In this document: positions 17,149 through 26,925 of the stretch, piece after piece
Position numbering within the stretch: the stretch's first letter is position 1
Layout: each line of letters begins with the position of its first letter
NCBI GenBank assembly: GCA_021787845.1
Contig: JAJYLH010000001.1
Coordinates: 238,736-302,735 of the forward strand
Direction of reading: 5' to 3'
Source: Myxococcales bacterium
GTDB taxonomy: Bacteria > Myxococcota > Myxococcia > Myxococcales > JAJYLH01
Length of the DNA stretch: 64,000 bases
Made by a program: the position numbers and the translations under genes
Notes under the pieces: generated by a model
What the model saw: the letters and a program-made list of their open reading frames with translations, nothing else
Told to the model about the DNA's origin: nothing
The model's database searches: none

Positions 17149-17913
17149 ATGGATCTCGCGCTTTCTGGAAAGGTGGCGGTGGTCTGTGGCGCGAGCCGCG
17201 GCATCGGACGAGCGACCGCCTCGGCGCTCGCCCAGGAAGGATGCCGGCTCGTGCTCGCCGCGCGCGGCACGGGCCCGCTCGACGCGCTCGCCGAGGAGCT
17301 GTCTCGGTCCGGCGTCGAGGTCGAGGCGGTGGGCGTCGACCTCACGAGCGAGGCGGGACCGCAAACGCTCATCGGCAGGGCTCTCGCCAGGTTCGGAGGG
17401 GTCGACGTGCTCGTCAACCTGGTCGGCGGCAGCTCCGGCGGGAGCTTCGAGGCGAACACCCTCGCCGATTTCGAGCAAGGCTTCGCCCGCAACTTCTGGC
17501 CGGCGTTGAAGGCGAGCAAGGCCGCTCTAGAAGCCCTGATCCGCTCCCGGGGGGCCGTGATCCACGTCGGGTCGATCTGGGGTCGCGAGGCGGGCGGTCC
17601 TGTCGCCTACAACGTCGCGAAGGCGGCGCTCGTCAGCTTGACCAAGGCGATGGGCCAGGACCTCGCGCCCCACGGCGTGCGCTGCGTCGGGGTCCTGCCG
17701 GGCAGCATCCTCCATCCGGGCGGCTCCTGGGACCGCCGACTGAAAGCGGACCCGGAGGGCGTCACCCGGTGGATGAAGCAGGAAATCCCCGCCGGCCGCT
17801 TCGGCACCGCCGAGGAGGTCGCCCACGTCATCGCCTTCCTCGCGAGCGAAAGAGCGAGCTGGATCACCGGCAGCGTGGTCGTCGTCGACGGCGGGCAGAG
17901 CCGGATGTTCTAG
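17149..17913 (+). CDS. SDR-family oxidoreductase (3-oxoacyl-ACP reductase-like)
   Basis: GASRGIGRA Rossmann motif, and a catalytic Y near position 153 (YNVAKAA). Confidence 0.85.
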   Translation: MDLALSGKVAVVCGASRGIGRATASALAQEGCRLVLAARGTGPLDALAEELSRSGVEVEAVGVDLTSEAGPQTLIGRALARFGGVDVLVNLVGGSSGGSFEANTLADFEQGFARNFWPALKASKAALEALIRSRGAVIHVGSIWGREAGGPVAYNVAKAALVSLTKAMGQDLAPHGVRCVGVLPGSILHPGGSWDRRLKADPEGVTRWMKQEIPAGRFGTAEEVAHVIAFLASERASWITGSVVVVDGGQSRMF

Positions 17914-18506
17914 GCGGGAGCGCTCTCGTCTTCCGGGTCGCCTCCGAGCAGCTCGTCGACCTTGAGCTCGACCGCGTCGAAGGGCTCGGCCCGGACTTTC
18001 TGGCCCCGGTGGGCGGTGAGCACGAGCGCATAGCTCAGGTCGGTGTGGCGCAGCACTTCGAGCGTGCCCGCAGCCGGATCGACGATCCAGTAGTGGGGTA
18101 TCCCCGCCTTGAAGTAGGTCTCGAGCTTCTCGACCCGGTCGCGGTCCGCATTCGAAGGGGAGAGGATTTCGCAGACCCAGTCGGGCGGCAGCTCAATGAG
18201 CTTGGAGCGTGGCGGCTCGGGCATCCGCTCGCGTCGGTAGCCGCAGATGTCCGGCCGGTAGACCTCGCGGCCGAGTCGGATGTCGAGTTCGGTGAAGAAC
18301 CACCATCCGCCAGGGAGGCGGCCACCCGGTCGGCGAGCAAACAGATGGCCGACGTGCCGGTCGATCCCGCTTTGCGCCAAGGAGTGCTCGGGCAGCGGCG
18401 CGGCTTTCTCGACGATGGTCCCGCGGATGAGCTCGATGCGTTCCTCGCGCTCGGCTTTCGCCAGGAACTCCTCGATCGTCACCTCGCGTCGGGTCGCGGT
18501 AGACAT
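17910..18506 (-). CDS. Uma2-family (DUF820) putative endonuclease, paralog 1
   Basis: 198 aa with PDWVCEILSPSNADRDRVEKLETYFKAGIPHYWIVDP, characteristic of the Uma2/DUF820 PD-(D/E)xK-like family. Confidence 0.7.
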   Translation of the reverse strand: MSTATRREVTIEEFLAKAEREERIELIRGTIVEKAAPLPEHSLAQSGIDRHVGHLFARRPGGRLPGGWWFFTELDIRLGREVYRPDICGYRRERMPEPPRSKLIELPPDWVCEILSPSNADRDRVEKLETYFKAGIPHYWIVDPAAGTLEVLRHTDLSYALVLTAHRGQKVRAEPFDAVELKVDELLGGDPEDESAPA

Positions 18507-18552
18507 GCCTAGATTATGGACCTTTTCTCCGCGGGGGCGACGGCCATGCGGC

Positions 18553-19914
18553 TCACCTGTCGTCGCCCGGCTCGCGAGAAATGCGCGACGCGAGGATCTC
18601 CTCGAGACGTTCCTTGAGCCGCCTCTCCTCCCCGTTCTCGCCCAGCTCGACGTAGCGCCGCCCCCGCAGCTCGTCCGGCAGGTACTCCTCGGGCACGTAG
18701 TTCCCGGCGAAGTTGTGGGGATACTTGTAGCCGCCGCCGTAGCCGAGCTTCTCCATCAGCGCCGTCGGAGCGTTGCGGATGTGCAGCGGCACCTCGAGAG
18801 CGCCCTGGTCCACCACGTCCTTGCGCGCGGCGGCGTAGGCCTTCAAGGCGGCGTTCGACTTCGGCGCGAGGGCGAGATACGTCACCGCCATCGACATGGG
18901 CAGCACCGCTTCCGGTAAGCCCACGAGCTCGGCGGCGTGGAAGGCGTCGAGCGCGATGGAGAGCGCGCGCGGGTCGGCGTTCCCGATGTCCTCGCCGGCG
19001 AAGATCACCATCCGCCGGAGCAGGAACCGCGTCGGCTCTCCCGCCTCCAGCATTCTAACCATATAATAAATCGCCGCATCGGGGTCGGACCCGCGCATCG
19101 ACTTGATGAACGCGCTCGCCAGGTTGTAGTGCTCCTCGCCCTGCTTGTCGTAGCGCAACGACCGCTGCTGGAGCGCGTCTTCGGCGTCGGACAGCTCGAT
19201 CCGTGGAGGAGCCCCGGAGCGCTCTCGGATAAGCGCAGCGCTATCGGCAATCTCCAGCGCTACCAACCCCCGCCGGGCGTCGCCGTCGGACCTGCGGGCG
19301 ATGAAATCGAGCGCCTGCGGGTCCGCCTCCACGCGATCGTTCGCGAGCCCCCGCGGATCGGCCAGTGCTCGCTCCAAGAGCGCGCGGATGTCCGTCTCGT
19401 CGAGCGGCTTGAGCACAAACACCCGCGCCCGCGACAAGAGCGGCGCGTTCACCTCGAAGGACGGGTTCTCGGTGGTGGCGCCGATGAGCGTGACGATGCC
19501 GCGCTCGACGTGCGGCAGGAGCGCGTCCTGCTGCGCCTTGTTGAAGCGGTGGATCTCGTCGACGAAGAGGAGCGTCCGCCGCCGCTCCATCGCCCGCCGC
19601 TCGCGGGCCTTTTCCACCACCTCCCGGATGTCCTTGACCCCGGAGAGGACGGCGGAGAGCTGGACGAACTCGGCCTGGGTGTGGTGGGCGATGAGCCGAG
19701 CGAGAGTGGTCTTGCCCACCCCTGGGGGCCCCCAGAGAATCATCGACGGCACCCGGTCCGCCTCGATGGCGCTCCTCAGGAGCGTTCCTGGTCCGACGAG
19801 GTGGTCCTGCCCCACGAGCTCGTCGAGCGTGCGCGGCCGGAGCCGCTCGGCCAGCGGCAAGAGGTTCGGGTCGCGCTCGGCGGCATGCTCGAAGAGGTCC
19901 ACCAGCCGCTTCAT
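18553..19914 (-). CDS. rarA: replication-associated recombination protein A (AAA ATPase RarA/MgsA)
   Basis: Internal start MKRLVDLF of track ORF 18553..20577. Walker A GPPGVGKTT, LLFVDEIHRFNKAQQD, and the conserved C-terminal MgsA domain are present. Confidence 0.85.
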   Translation of the reverse strand: MKRLVDLFEHAAERDPNLLPLAERLRPRTLDELVGQDHLVGPGTLLRSAIEADRVPSMILWGPPGVGKTTLARLIAHHTQAEFVQLSAVLSGVKDIREVVEKARERRAMERRRTLLFVDEIHRFNKAQQDALLPHVERGIVTLIGATTENPSFEVNAPLLSRARVFVLKPLDETDIRALLERALADPRGLANDRVEADPQALDFIARRSDGDARRGLVALEIADSAALIRERSGAPPRIELSDAEDALQQRSLRYDKQGEEHYNLASAFIKSMRGSDPDAAIYYMVRMLEAGEPTRFLLRRMVIFAGEDIGNADPRALSIALDAFHAAELVGLPEAVLPMSMAVTYLALAPKSNAALKAYAAARKDVVDQGALEVPLHIRNAPTALMEKLGYGGGYKYPHNFAGNYVPEEYLPDELRGRRYVELGENGEERRLKERLEEILASRISREPGDDR

Positions 19915-19959
19915 AAGCAAATCGCGCGCTTCTGGAAAGCTGCTAGCCTCCCTCGCGCG

Positions 19960-20805
19960 ATGCGGACGGTGGCGCTCATCCCGAAGCGTTCCAAGCCCGA
20001 GGCGGTGGCCCTCGCCGAGAAGGTGGCCGACTGGCTGATCGAACGGGGCATGGCCGTCCTGAGCGAGGACGCCTTCGCCGTGCGGGGGACGACACCGGTG
20101 CCGGGCTCCGCCCTCGCCCAGGCCGCCGACCTGGTGGTGGTGCTCGGCGGCGACGGCACGCTCCTGCACGCGGCGCGGCTCACGAGCGGCCACGAGGTGC
20201 CGATTCTCGGCGTCAACTACGGCTCGCTCGGCTTCATGACCGACGTGCCGCGCGAGAAAACCTTCGAGGCGCTGGAGCACACCCTCGCCGGCCGTTACAC
20301 GCTGGAGAAGCGCACCAAGCTCTCGGTCGAAATCGTTCGCGGCGACAAGACCATCCATGCCGGCGAGGTCCTGAACGACGCGGTGATCGCCAAGACCGCC
20401 CTCGCCCGCATCGCCGACCTGGAAACGAACGTCGCCGGCGGCTACCTCGCCACCTTCCGCGCCGACGGGGTGATCATCTCGACGCCCACCGGCTCCAGCG
20501 CCTACTCGCTCGCGGCAGGGGGACCGCTCCTGCACCCCGGCGTGCGAGCGATCGTGGTCACGCCCATCTGCCCGCACACCTTCACCCAGCGGCCCATCGT
20601 GCTGCCCGAGGACGTCCCCATCGAGCTGAAGCTCCTGAGCGACGACGAGATGTTCGCGACCCTCGACGGCCAGAGCGGCCTGCCGCTCAAGCGTAGCGAC
20701 CGGGTGCTCGTGCGCCGCTCACCGACCGGCATCGTCCTCGTGCGCTCGGACCAGGCGAGCTACTTCGCGGTCTTGCGCAACAAGCTGCGCTGGGGCGAGC
20801 GCTAG
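19960..20805 (+). CDS. nadK: NAD+ kinase
   Basis: 281 aa with the GGDGTLL motif, NYGSLGF, and TPTGSSAYSLAAGGP. It is divergent from rarA with a 45-bp spacer. Confidence 0.9.
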   Translation: MRTVALIPKRSKPEAVALAEKVADWLIERGMAVLSEDAFAVRGTTPVPGSALAQAADLVVVLGGDGTLLHAARLTSGHEVPILGVNYGSLGFMTDVPREKTFEALEHTLAGRYTLEKRTKLSVEIVRGDKTIHAGEVLNDAVIAKTALARIADLETNVAGGYLATFRADGVIISTPTGSSAYSLAAGGPLLHPGVRAIVVTPICPHTFTQRPIVLPEDVPIELKLLSDDEMFATLDGQSGLPLKRSDRVLVRRSPTGIVLVRSDQASYFAVLRNKLRWGER

Positions 20806-20901
20806 AGGCGGTCCGGCCCCTCTCTTTCGATCTCTTCGCGGGCCGACTTCGCATAGTCTTCGTGCCATGCGCGGCTCGGCGCCACGCGTGAGGGCTTCGA
20901 G

Positions 20902-21270
20902 ATGGGCGAGACCGCTCCCGACAACCGTGTGACCCGCGTGGAGAAGCCCTGGGGACACGAGCTCGTCTGGGCGCACACCGAACGCTACGTGGGAAAAATC
21001 CTGCACATCCGCGCCGGCGAACGGCTGAGCCTCCAGTTCCATCGGGTGAAGGACGAGACCATCCACGTCCAGTCGGGTGAGCTCTCGTTCGTGGTCGACG
21101 AGAACGGCGCGCTGACCGAACGCCAGCTCCATCCCGGCGAGAGCTACCGCATCCGTCCGGGCACCCGGCACCGGATGATCGCGACCACCGATTGCGACGT
21201 CCTGGAAGCCTCGACGCCGGAGCTCGACGACGTGGTGCGCTTGGACGACCGGTACGGCCGCGCCGGCTGA
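20902..21270 (+). CDS. cupin-domain protein
   Basis: 122 aa with the two cupin His motifs (HxH...E...H pattern: WGHELVWAH ... RHRMIAT). Confidence 0.55.
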   Translation: MGETAPDNRVTRVEKPWGHELVWAHTERYVGKILHIRAGERLSLQFHRVKDETIHVQSGELSFVVDENGALTERQLHPGESYRIRPGTRHRMIATTDCDVLEASTPELDDVVRLDDRYGRAG

Positions 21271-21297
21271 CGACACCCTCCCCGCGAACGGCGCCAG

Positions 21298-22653
21298 CTA
21301 CTTGTCGCTGAGCATGAAGCGCGGATCGGCGAGTTGCTTCTCGGCGAACTGCGCCGCTGGTGTCCCCGGGAAGCGCTGCAGGACCTGGGTGTAGAGCCGC
21401 TTGGCGCCAGATTGATCGCGCATCCGCTCGTCCAACACCCGGCCGGCGATCACCAGCGCCTTCGCGGAATCCCCCCCGTCGCCGCGACCGGCCGCGAGGA
21501 GCGCCGTCATCGCCAGCGCCAGCTCATTCTGGCTCGCCGCCGCCTGGCCGCACCGGAGCAGAACCGAGGGCGAAATCGGCTCCTGCCCCTTGGCAACGCT
21601 CCGGTAAAGGCTGAGCGCTGCCGCCACTTCGCGCTGGTCGAGCAGCGCCACGAGCTGCGACTCGACGGAGGCCGTCGGAACCGGAGCCGGAGCCGGTTCG
21701 GCCGGCTTCTCGGGAGCGCTGTCCTCGGGCGTCGGCGCTTCCGGATCCCCGAGGTCGACGAGCGCGTCCTCCGCCTCGCCGAACCCGAGCTCCTCCGGGT
21801 GGAGCCAGCCCGCCTGCCCCAACAACAAGAACGTCGCGTAGGCACCGTAGCTCGCCAGCACCGCGACCACGAACCCCTCGAACCGGCCCGCGGGGAGCGC
21901 CCAGCCGAGGAGGAACGCGACGAGGAAGCTGCCCCCGGCGAAGAGGGATATCCAGCCGTACTCCCGCGGAAATCGACGAACCGGGAAGAGCGCATGGACG
22001 GGGTTGAAGAGCTTGCTCCATTCGGTCGTGCGGGCGGCGTGGAGGAGCATCAGCGGCATGGTCCCCACCGCGAAGAGCGACGCGAGCCAGAACGTCGGCG
22101 CCGTCGCCAGGCGCAGCGCGAGCGAGCGGGCGGAAACGCTCGCGCCTTTCAGCGCGAAGCCCTCGATTCCAATCAGCAGCGCGAGGGTCGGGAGCGCCGC
22201 CGCCGCCAACACCCGCGCGAGCGGCATCACCACCTCGTCCATCGCTTCGGCCGGCGCCGGCCACTCGAACGGCTCGTCCTCGGCGGTCGCCCGCAAGAGC
22301 CTGAGGCCGAGGGACAGCGTGATCGTCAAGGCGACGGCCGACACGAGGAAGGCGAGCGGCAGCGAGCTCGCGGCGAGGAAGGCGAGGAAGAAGAGCAGCG
22401 CGGTCACCGCCGTCGAGACCGACACCCGCGGATGGGTCAGCGGGCCGAGCGCGGCCAACCGGAGGCGGTCGAGGAAGCGATGGAGCTGCGCTCGGGGTTT
22501 GCGCAGCAGCTCGGCGTCTTCACCGTCGGCCGGACAGCGGAAGCGCATCCGGGGGCCGCGCTGCCGGCGCACGTGCGACGCGCACTTCGGGCCGCATTTC
22601 GGGCAGACCCAGGCGGCCGGCGCTTGGCACACGCTGCAGGGCGCGAGCTCCAT
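21298..22653 (-). CDS. membrane protein with an N-terminal zinc ribbon and a C-terminal TPR-like domain, hypothetical
   Basis: CSVCQ...CPKCGPKC...RCP Cys pairs, at least 6 predicted TM helices, and a helical TPR-like C-terminus. Start chosen at MELAPCSV inside track ORF 21298..22716. Confidence 0.45.
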   Translation of the reverse strand: MELAPCSVCQAPAAWVCPKCGPKCASHVRRQRGPRMRFRCPADGEDAELLRKPRAQLHRFLDRLRLAALGPLTHPRVSVSTAVTALLFFLAFLAASSLPLAFLVSAVALTITLSLGLRLLRATAEDEPFEWPAPAEAMDEVVMPLARVLAAAALPTLALLIGIEGFALKGASVSARSLALRLATAPTFWLASLFAVGTMPLMLLHAARTTEWSKLFNPVHALFPVRRFPREYGWISLFAGGSFLVAFLLGWALPAGRFEGFVVAVLASYGAYATFLLLGQAGWLHPEELGFGEAEDALVDLGDPEAPTPEDSAPEKPAEPAPAPVPTASVESQLVALLDQREVAAALSLYRSVAKGQEPISPSVLLRCGQAAASQNELALAMTALLAAGRGDGGDSAKALVIAGRVLDERMRDQSGAKRLYTQVLQRFPGTPAAQFAEKQLADPRFMLSDK

Positions 22654-22708
22654 GAAAAGAGAATAGCGCGAACCACTGCCGTCCAAGAACGCGCCGCATC
22701 GGAGATGT

Positions 22709-22972
22709 CCGCTCATCCCGAGCGCGGTCGATGGATGGGCGTCGCCGCAGAGAACCGCTCGTCCCTCGTCCTTCGACTGGCGGTAGCGCGGGGCTTGCGC
22801 CCGCTACCCAAGCCATGGGGCGGGGGCTTGTCCTCCGCCGCGACAGGAGCCGACTTCTCGAGCACGGCGGGGACAAGCCCCCGCCCGACAGATCTGGTTC
22901 GGTCACAGAATCTTCGCGCGGCGACAAGATTCTGCGGCTCAGTGGATCACGATGACCGCTCGGGATGAGCGG
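22709..22972. other. 264-bp element bounded by 16-bp perfect terminal inverted repeats with nested hairpins (MITE-like or structured RNA)
   Basis: Left arm CCGCTCATCCCGAGCG (22709-22724) is the exact reverse complement of CGCTCGGGATGAGCGG (22957-22972). Inside are a 16-bp perfect inverted repeat (GGGGCGGGGGCTTGTCC at about 22816-22832 with GGACAAGCCCCCGCCC at about 22871-22886), a 9-bp inverted repeat (CAGAATCTT-N11-AAGATTCTG at about 22906-22934), and GGTAGCG...CGCTACC at about 22782-22808. Confidence 0.6.
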
Positions 22973-23045
22973 TTCTTCCGCTACGAGAAGGATTCTGTTT
23001 GGACAGGAGTGAGCGCGAACCTCCGGCCGAGGGGCCGGCCGGACC

Positions 23046-23846
23046 TCAGCGCGCTGGCGGTGGGAGGCGGTAGAAACGGCGGGCGTTCTCGGCCGTCATC
23101 TCCGCGAGCTCTTCGGCGGCGATGCCCCTCACCTGCGCGAGCGCCTCGAGCGTGCGGGCGACGAACGCCGGCTCGTTGCGCTGGCCGCGATGTGGAACCG
23201 GAGCGAGGTAGGGCGAGTCGGTCTCGACGAGAAGTCGGTCGAGCGGGACGAGCTTCGCCGCCTCGCGCAGCTCACCGGCGGCCCGGAAGGTGAGGATTCC
23301 CGAGAACGAAATCCACAGACCGCGGTCCAGGTAGGCCCGCGCGGCGGCGCGATCTCCCGTGAAGCAGTGGACGACCGCGCCCGCTGGGGGGACCCCGGCC
23401 TCGTCCAGGATGCGGCAGGTGTCCTGGTCCGCCTCGCGGGTGTGGATGAGGAGCGGCTTGCCCGCTTCGTGCGCGAGGCGGTTGAAGTGCCGAAAGCCCT
23501 CGGCTTGAGCGTCGCGCGGCGAGTGATCGTAGTGGTAGTCGAGACCGGTCTCGCCGACCGCCACCACTTCCGGTCGCCGGCAAAGCTCATCGACGGCGCT
23601 CCAGTCCGCCTTCGGGGCGGCCGCGACGTCGTGCGGGTGGATGCAGACCGCGGGCGAGAAGAGAGGGCGATTCGTCGCCGCGAGCCGGAGGGCGCGCTCG
23701 GCGGAAGCGGCCCCCTCCTTCTCGCGCCAGAGGCCGACGAGAACCATGTGCTCGACGCCGGCCGCGATCGCCCGTGCCACCACCTGGTCGCGGTCCCCAT
23801 CGAACTCGGCGGAATCGATGTGGCAGTGCGAGTCGATCAGCCGCAT
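23046..23846 (-). CDS. tatD: TatD-family metal-dependent DNase/hydrolase
   Basis: Starts MRLIDSHCHID. Has HxH, the GETGLDYHY motif, and ETDSPYL. It is internal to track ORF 23046..24062. Confidence 0.85.
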   Translation of the reverse strand: MRLIDSHCHIDSAEFDGDRDQVVARAIAAGVEHMVLVGLWREKEGAASAERALRLAATNRPLFSPAVCIHPHDVAAAPKADWSAVDELCRRPEVVAVGETGLDYHYDHSPRDAQAEGFRHFNRLAHEAGKPLLIHTREADQDTCRILDEAGVPPAGAVVHCFTGDRAAARAYLDRGLWISFSGILTFRAAGELREAAKLVPLDRLLVETDSPYLAPVPHRGQRNEPAFVARTLEALAQVRGIAAEELAEMTAENARRFYRLPPPAR

Positions 23847-24775
23847 GGGACGAAGACCTCCGCGGGATGGGCGTGACGCAGCGCCGCCGCGAGGCGGACG
23901 CGACGGGCGACGCGACCGAGCTCCGTTTCTCGTTCGCAGTGCGCGGGCGCGACGAGCGCTGCCCGTTCCCAGTCGATTTGGAAGAGTCCCCGGAGAATCT
24001 CGCCCGCGACGTGCGGGTCGGTGTCGACGTGCTGCGCGAGGGCCTCTTGCGCTCCCGGCCACCAGGAGCGGTCGACGCGCGTCAGCGCGAGCAGCGCCGA
24101 CTCCCGCAGGTAGTCGGTCGAATCCTGCGCCACCTCTTCCACCAGCGACCGCCCGTCCCCCGGCAGCGCTGCCGCCAACTTCACGATCAGCATCGGCCGC
24201 TCTTCGGCCCGTTTTTTGCGCGCCCGCGCGAGCACGTGCGCGCGCGCCCCCGCGTCTCCCTGGGCGGCGAGGTAGAGCGCTGCGAGCCCCCGTTCGAACG
24301 GCGGAGCGAAAATCGACCGGAAGATCTGCCTTGCCATCTCGGCAAAGCGTGGATCGTCCAGCTCGAAGAGCGACTGGAGCGCGTCAAACCGAAATTGCTT
24401 CTCGGCAGCGAGCGCCACGAGCTTCTCCTCCGCCCTTCGATCGCCGGCGTAGGCGAGGCCGTCAGCGGCCACCGCGGCGACGCCGAGGTCGGAATCCGCG
24501 AGCTTGCGAAAGAGGAGGTCGCGCCGCCCACGCCAGGGACATCCGGCGAGCGCCGCCACCGCCGCCAGTCGCACGCCCGGCACTTGGTCGTCGGCGAGCT
24601 GGTCGAGGAGCGGGAGGGTCTCTTTCGGAGCGCCGGTCGCCGCAATGAACTTTGCTGCAGCGCCACGGGTGATCGGCTGCGGAGCTGCACTATACTGCCG
24701 GGCCTCCTCGAAGGCCTGCGAAAGGCGATCGGGCGGGACCTCGTCCAGCGCTGGCAGCTCCGGGTCTTTGGCCAC
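23837..24775 (-). CDS. HEAT/PBS-lyase-like repeat protein
   Basis: 312 aa of repeated helical pairs (VRLAAVAALAG / LGVAAVAADGLAYAGD). It overlaps the tatD start by 10 nt and abuts the metG stop. Confidence 0.55.
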   Translation of the reverse strand: MAKDPELPALDEVPPDRLSQAFEEARQYSAAPQPITRGAAAKFIAATGAPKETLPLLDQLADDQVPGVRLAAVAALAGCPWRGRRDLLFRKLADSDLGVAAVAADGLAYAGDRRAEEKLVALAAEKQFRFDALQSLFELDDPRFAEMARQIFRSIFAPPFERGLAALYLAAQGDAGARAHVLARARKKRAEERPMLIVKLAAALPGDGRSLVEEVAQDSTDYLRESALLALTRVDRSWWPGAQEALAQHVDTDPHVAGEILRGLFQIDWERAALVAPAHCERETELGRVARRVRLAAALRHAHPAEVFVPCG

Positions 24776-26812
24776 CTACTTCACCCGCGCGCCCGGCGCC
24801 ACGTCGGCCGGCACCTCGGTGACCGATAGCCCTCTTGCTCCTCCGCCCGCGGCCAGGACCATGCCTTGGGAGACGAACTCGGTCTTCCCGATTTTCATCG
24901 TCCGGGGCGCGAGGTTCGCGACCACCACCACCGACTTGCCGACGAGATCTTCCGGTCGGTAGGCATTGGCGATGCCGGCGCCGATGGTCCGGGGCGTCCC
25001 CTCGCCCAGATCGACGGAGAGCCTCAGCATCTTCTCCGACTTCGGAATCGCCTCCGCCGCGAGGATCTTTCCGACCCGCAGGTCGGCCTTCATGAAGTCG
25101 TCGAAGGTCATCTCGGCGGCCATCGGCGCGGCTGGCTCGGCGGCAGCGCTCACGGCGACCGGAGCCGCTTCCTTGGGGGCGAAGAGCTTCTCCAAGGCGC
25201 CGGCCTCGATGGGTGGCAGGAGCGGTGCCGGGGTACCGATCTCGTGCCTCTCGAGGTTGAAAGCGACGCCGTCATCCCAGTTCTTCGGTCGCACGTTGAT
25301 CTGCGCGAATAGCTCTTCCGCAACCTTGGGGACGATTGGCTGAAGCATGGTTCCAAGGGCTTTCAGAACGTTCGCAAGCAACGTGACGTCCGCCAACGCC
25401 ACGTCGGGGTCTGTCTTGAAAGTCTTGAACGGAGCGTGGCTCTGCATGTACGCGTTGGCCCAGAGTCCCATCGCCTCGATCTGCTGGACAGCGTACCTGT
25501 AGTTCAAGGTCTTGAAGCCCCGAAGGGCATTCCCGCAAGTCTCGGCGAGTGATGCCCGCGTGTCCGGCTCGATCGTCAGCGCGCCAATACGCCCGCTGAA
25601 TCGGGTCTTGACGAAGGAAAGAACTCTATTGGCAAGATTTCCCACGTTGTTGACGAGCTGCGAGTTGACGCGGTTCTTCAGCTCGTCGAGCGAGAATTCG
25701 ATGTCGTCAAGGGACGGTCCCAGGTTCGCCGCGAGGTAGTAGCGCAGGTACGCCGGGTCGAGGGCGTCCAGCCATTCGCGTGCGGTGATCATCCGGCCGC
25801 GAGACTTCGACATCTTCGCGCCGCCCAGGTTGAGCATGCCGTGGACGTGAACCTTCGTCGGGCGCGCGAGCCCGGCGGCGTGGAGCATGGCCGGCCAGAA
25901 GAGCGCGTGGAAGTAGACGATGTCCTTGCCGATGACGTGGACGACCTCGCCGTCGTCCGAATGCTCGCTGGTTCCTGTCCACCAGTGTCCGAGTTCCTGC
26001 CCACGCGCCTTCGCCTCGGTCTCGGCCGCGCTGATGTAGCCGATGGGCGCGTCGAGCCAGACGTAAAAATACTTGCCCGGTTGGTCAGGAATCTCGAAGC
26101 CGAAATAGGGGCCGTCGCGCGAGATGCACCAGTCCTGCAGCCCCTCGTCGATCCAGCGGGTGACGTAGTTGCGGACCTCCGGCTGTAGCGCCGGTGAGCT
26201 GGAGTACTCCCGCAGGAAGGGAGCGAAACCGCTCAGCTTGACGAACAGGTGCGTCGACTCTTTGCGCACGGGCCTGTTGCGGCAGAGGACGCAATACGGC
26301 TCCTCCAGATCGATCGGCTGGTACGTCTTGTTGCAGTTCTCGCAGACGTCGCCGTACTGGTCCCTCGCCTTGCACGAAGGACAGATGCCCTTGACGAATC
26401 GATCGGGCAGGAACCGCTGGTCATTCTCGCAATAGAATTGTTCGAGCGGCTTCTCGAAGACGTGCCCGCCCGCCTTCAGGCTGGCGTAGATGCGCTCGGC
26501 CCAGCGGCGGTTCTCCTCGGTGTTGGTGGACGAGTAGAGGTCGAACGAGACTTGGAAATCGCGGAAGTCGCGCTCGTGCTCGGTCCGATAGCGCTCGACC
26601 ATCACTGCCGGTTCGAGGCCCTGTTTCTTCGCGTTCACCTCGATGGGCGTTCCATGGGTATCGGCAGCGCAGACGTAGAGCACGTCGCGCCCGAGGAGCC
26701 GATTGAAGCGCGCGTAGATGTCGCTCTGGATGTTCTCGACCAGGTGCCCCAGGTGGATGGGGCCGTTGGCGTAGGGCAGGGCGCTGGTGAGTAGCAGCGG
26801 TCTCGAGGACAT
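24776..26812 (-). CDS. metG: methionyl-tRNA synthetase (with a C-terminal EMAP-like tRNA-binding domain)
   Basis: Starts MSSRPLLLTSALPYANGPIHLGHL (HIGH motif). KMSKS is present. The C-terminal domain (KILAAEAIPKSEKMLRLSVDLGEG) is a tRNA-binding fold. Confidence 0.92.
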   Translation of the reverse strand: MSSRPLLLTSALPYANGPIHLGHLVENIQSDIYARFNRLLGRDVLYVCAADTHGTPIEVNAKKQGLEPAVMVERYRTEHERDFRDFQVSFDLYSSTNTEENRRWAERIYASLKAGGHVFEKPLEQFYCENDQRFLPDRFVKGICPSCKARDQYGDVCENCNKTYQPIDLEEPYCVLCRNRPVRKESTHLFVKLSGFAPFLREYSSSPALQPEVRNYVTRWIDEGLQDWCISRDGPYFGFEIPDQPGKYFYVWLDAPIGYISAAETEAKARGQELGHWWTGTSEHSDDGEVVHVIGKDIVYFHALFWPAMLHAAGLARPTKVHVHGMLNLGGAKMSKSRGRMITAREWLDALDPAYLRYYLAANLGPSLDDIEFSLDELKNRVNSQLVNNVGNLANRVLSFVKTRFSGRIGALTIEPDTRASLAETCGNALRGFKTLNYRYAVQQIEAMGLWANAYMQSHAPFKTFKTDPDVALADVTLLANVLKALGTMLQPIVPKVAEELFAQINVRPKNWDDGVAFNLERHEIGTPAPLLPPIEAGALEKLFAPKEAAPVAVSAAAEPAAPMAAEMTFDDFMKADLRVGKILAAEAIPKSEKMLRLSVDLGEGTPRTIGAGIANAYRPEDLVGKSVVVVANLAPRTMKIGKTEFVSQGMVLAAGGGARGLSVTEVPADVAPGARVK

Positions 26813-26925
26813 CGTTCGCTCCCTTCGGGCTCGTTCGCCGCGCCGCTCGACGTTCGGGATGAGCGGTGCGAGAACGTGGACCGCTCCAGAACCACGGACT
26901 GCGGTGCGGCGCAACAAGAGCGAAT

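Noticed and set aside
20806-20901. Possible terminator hairpin after nadK
   Set aside because: The GC-rich segment (GGCGGTCCGGCCCC) does not form a clean stem followed by a U-tract.
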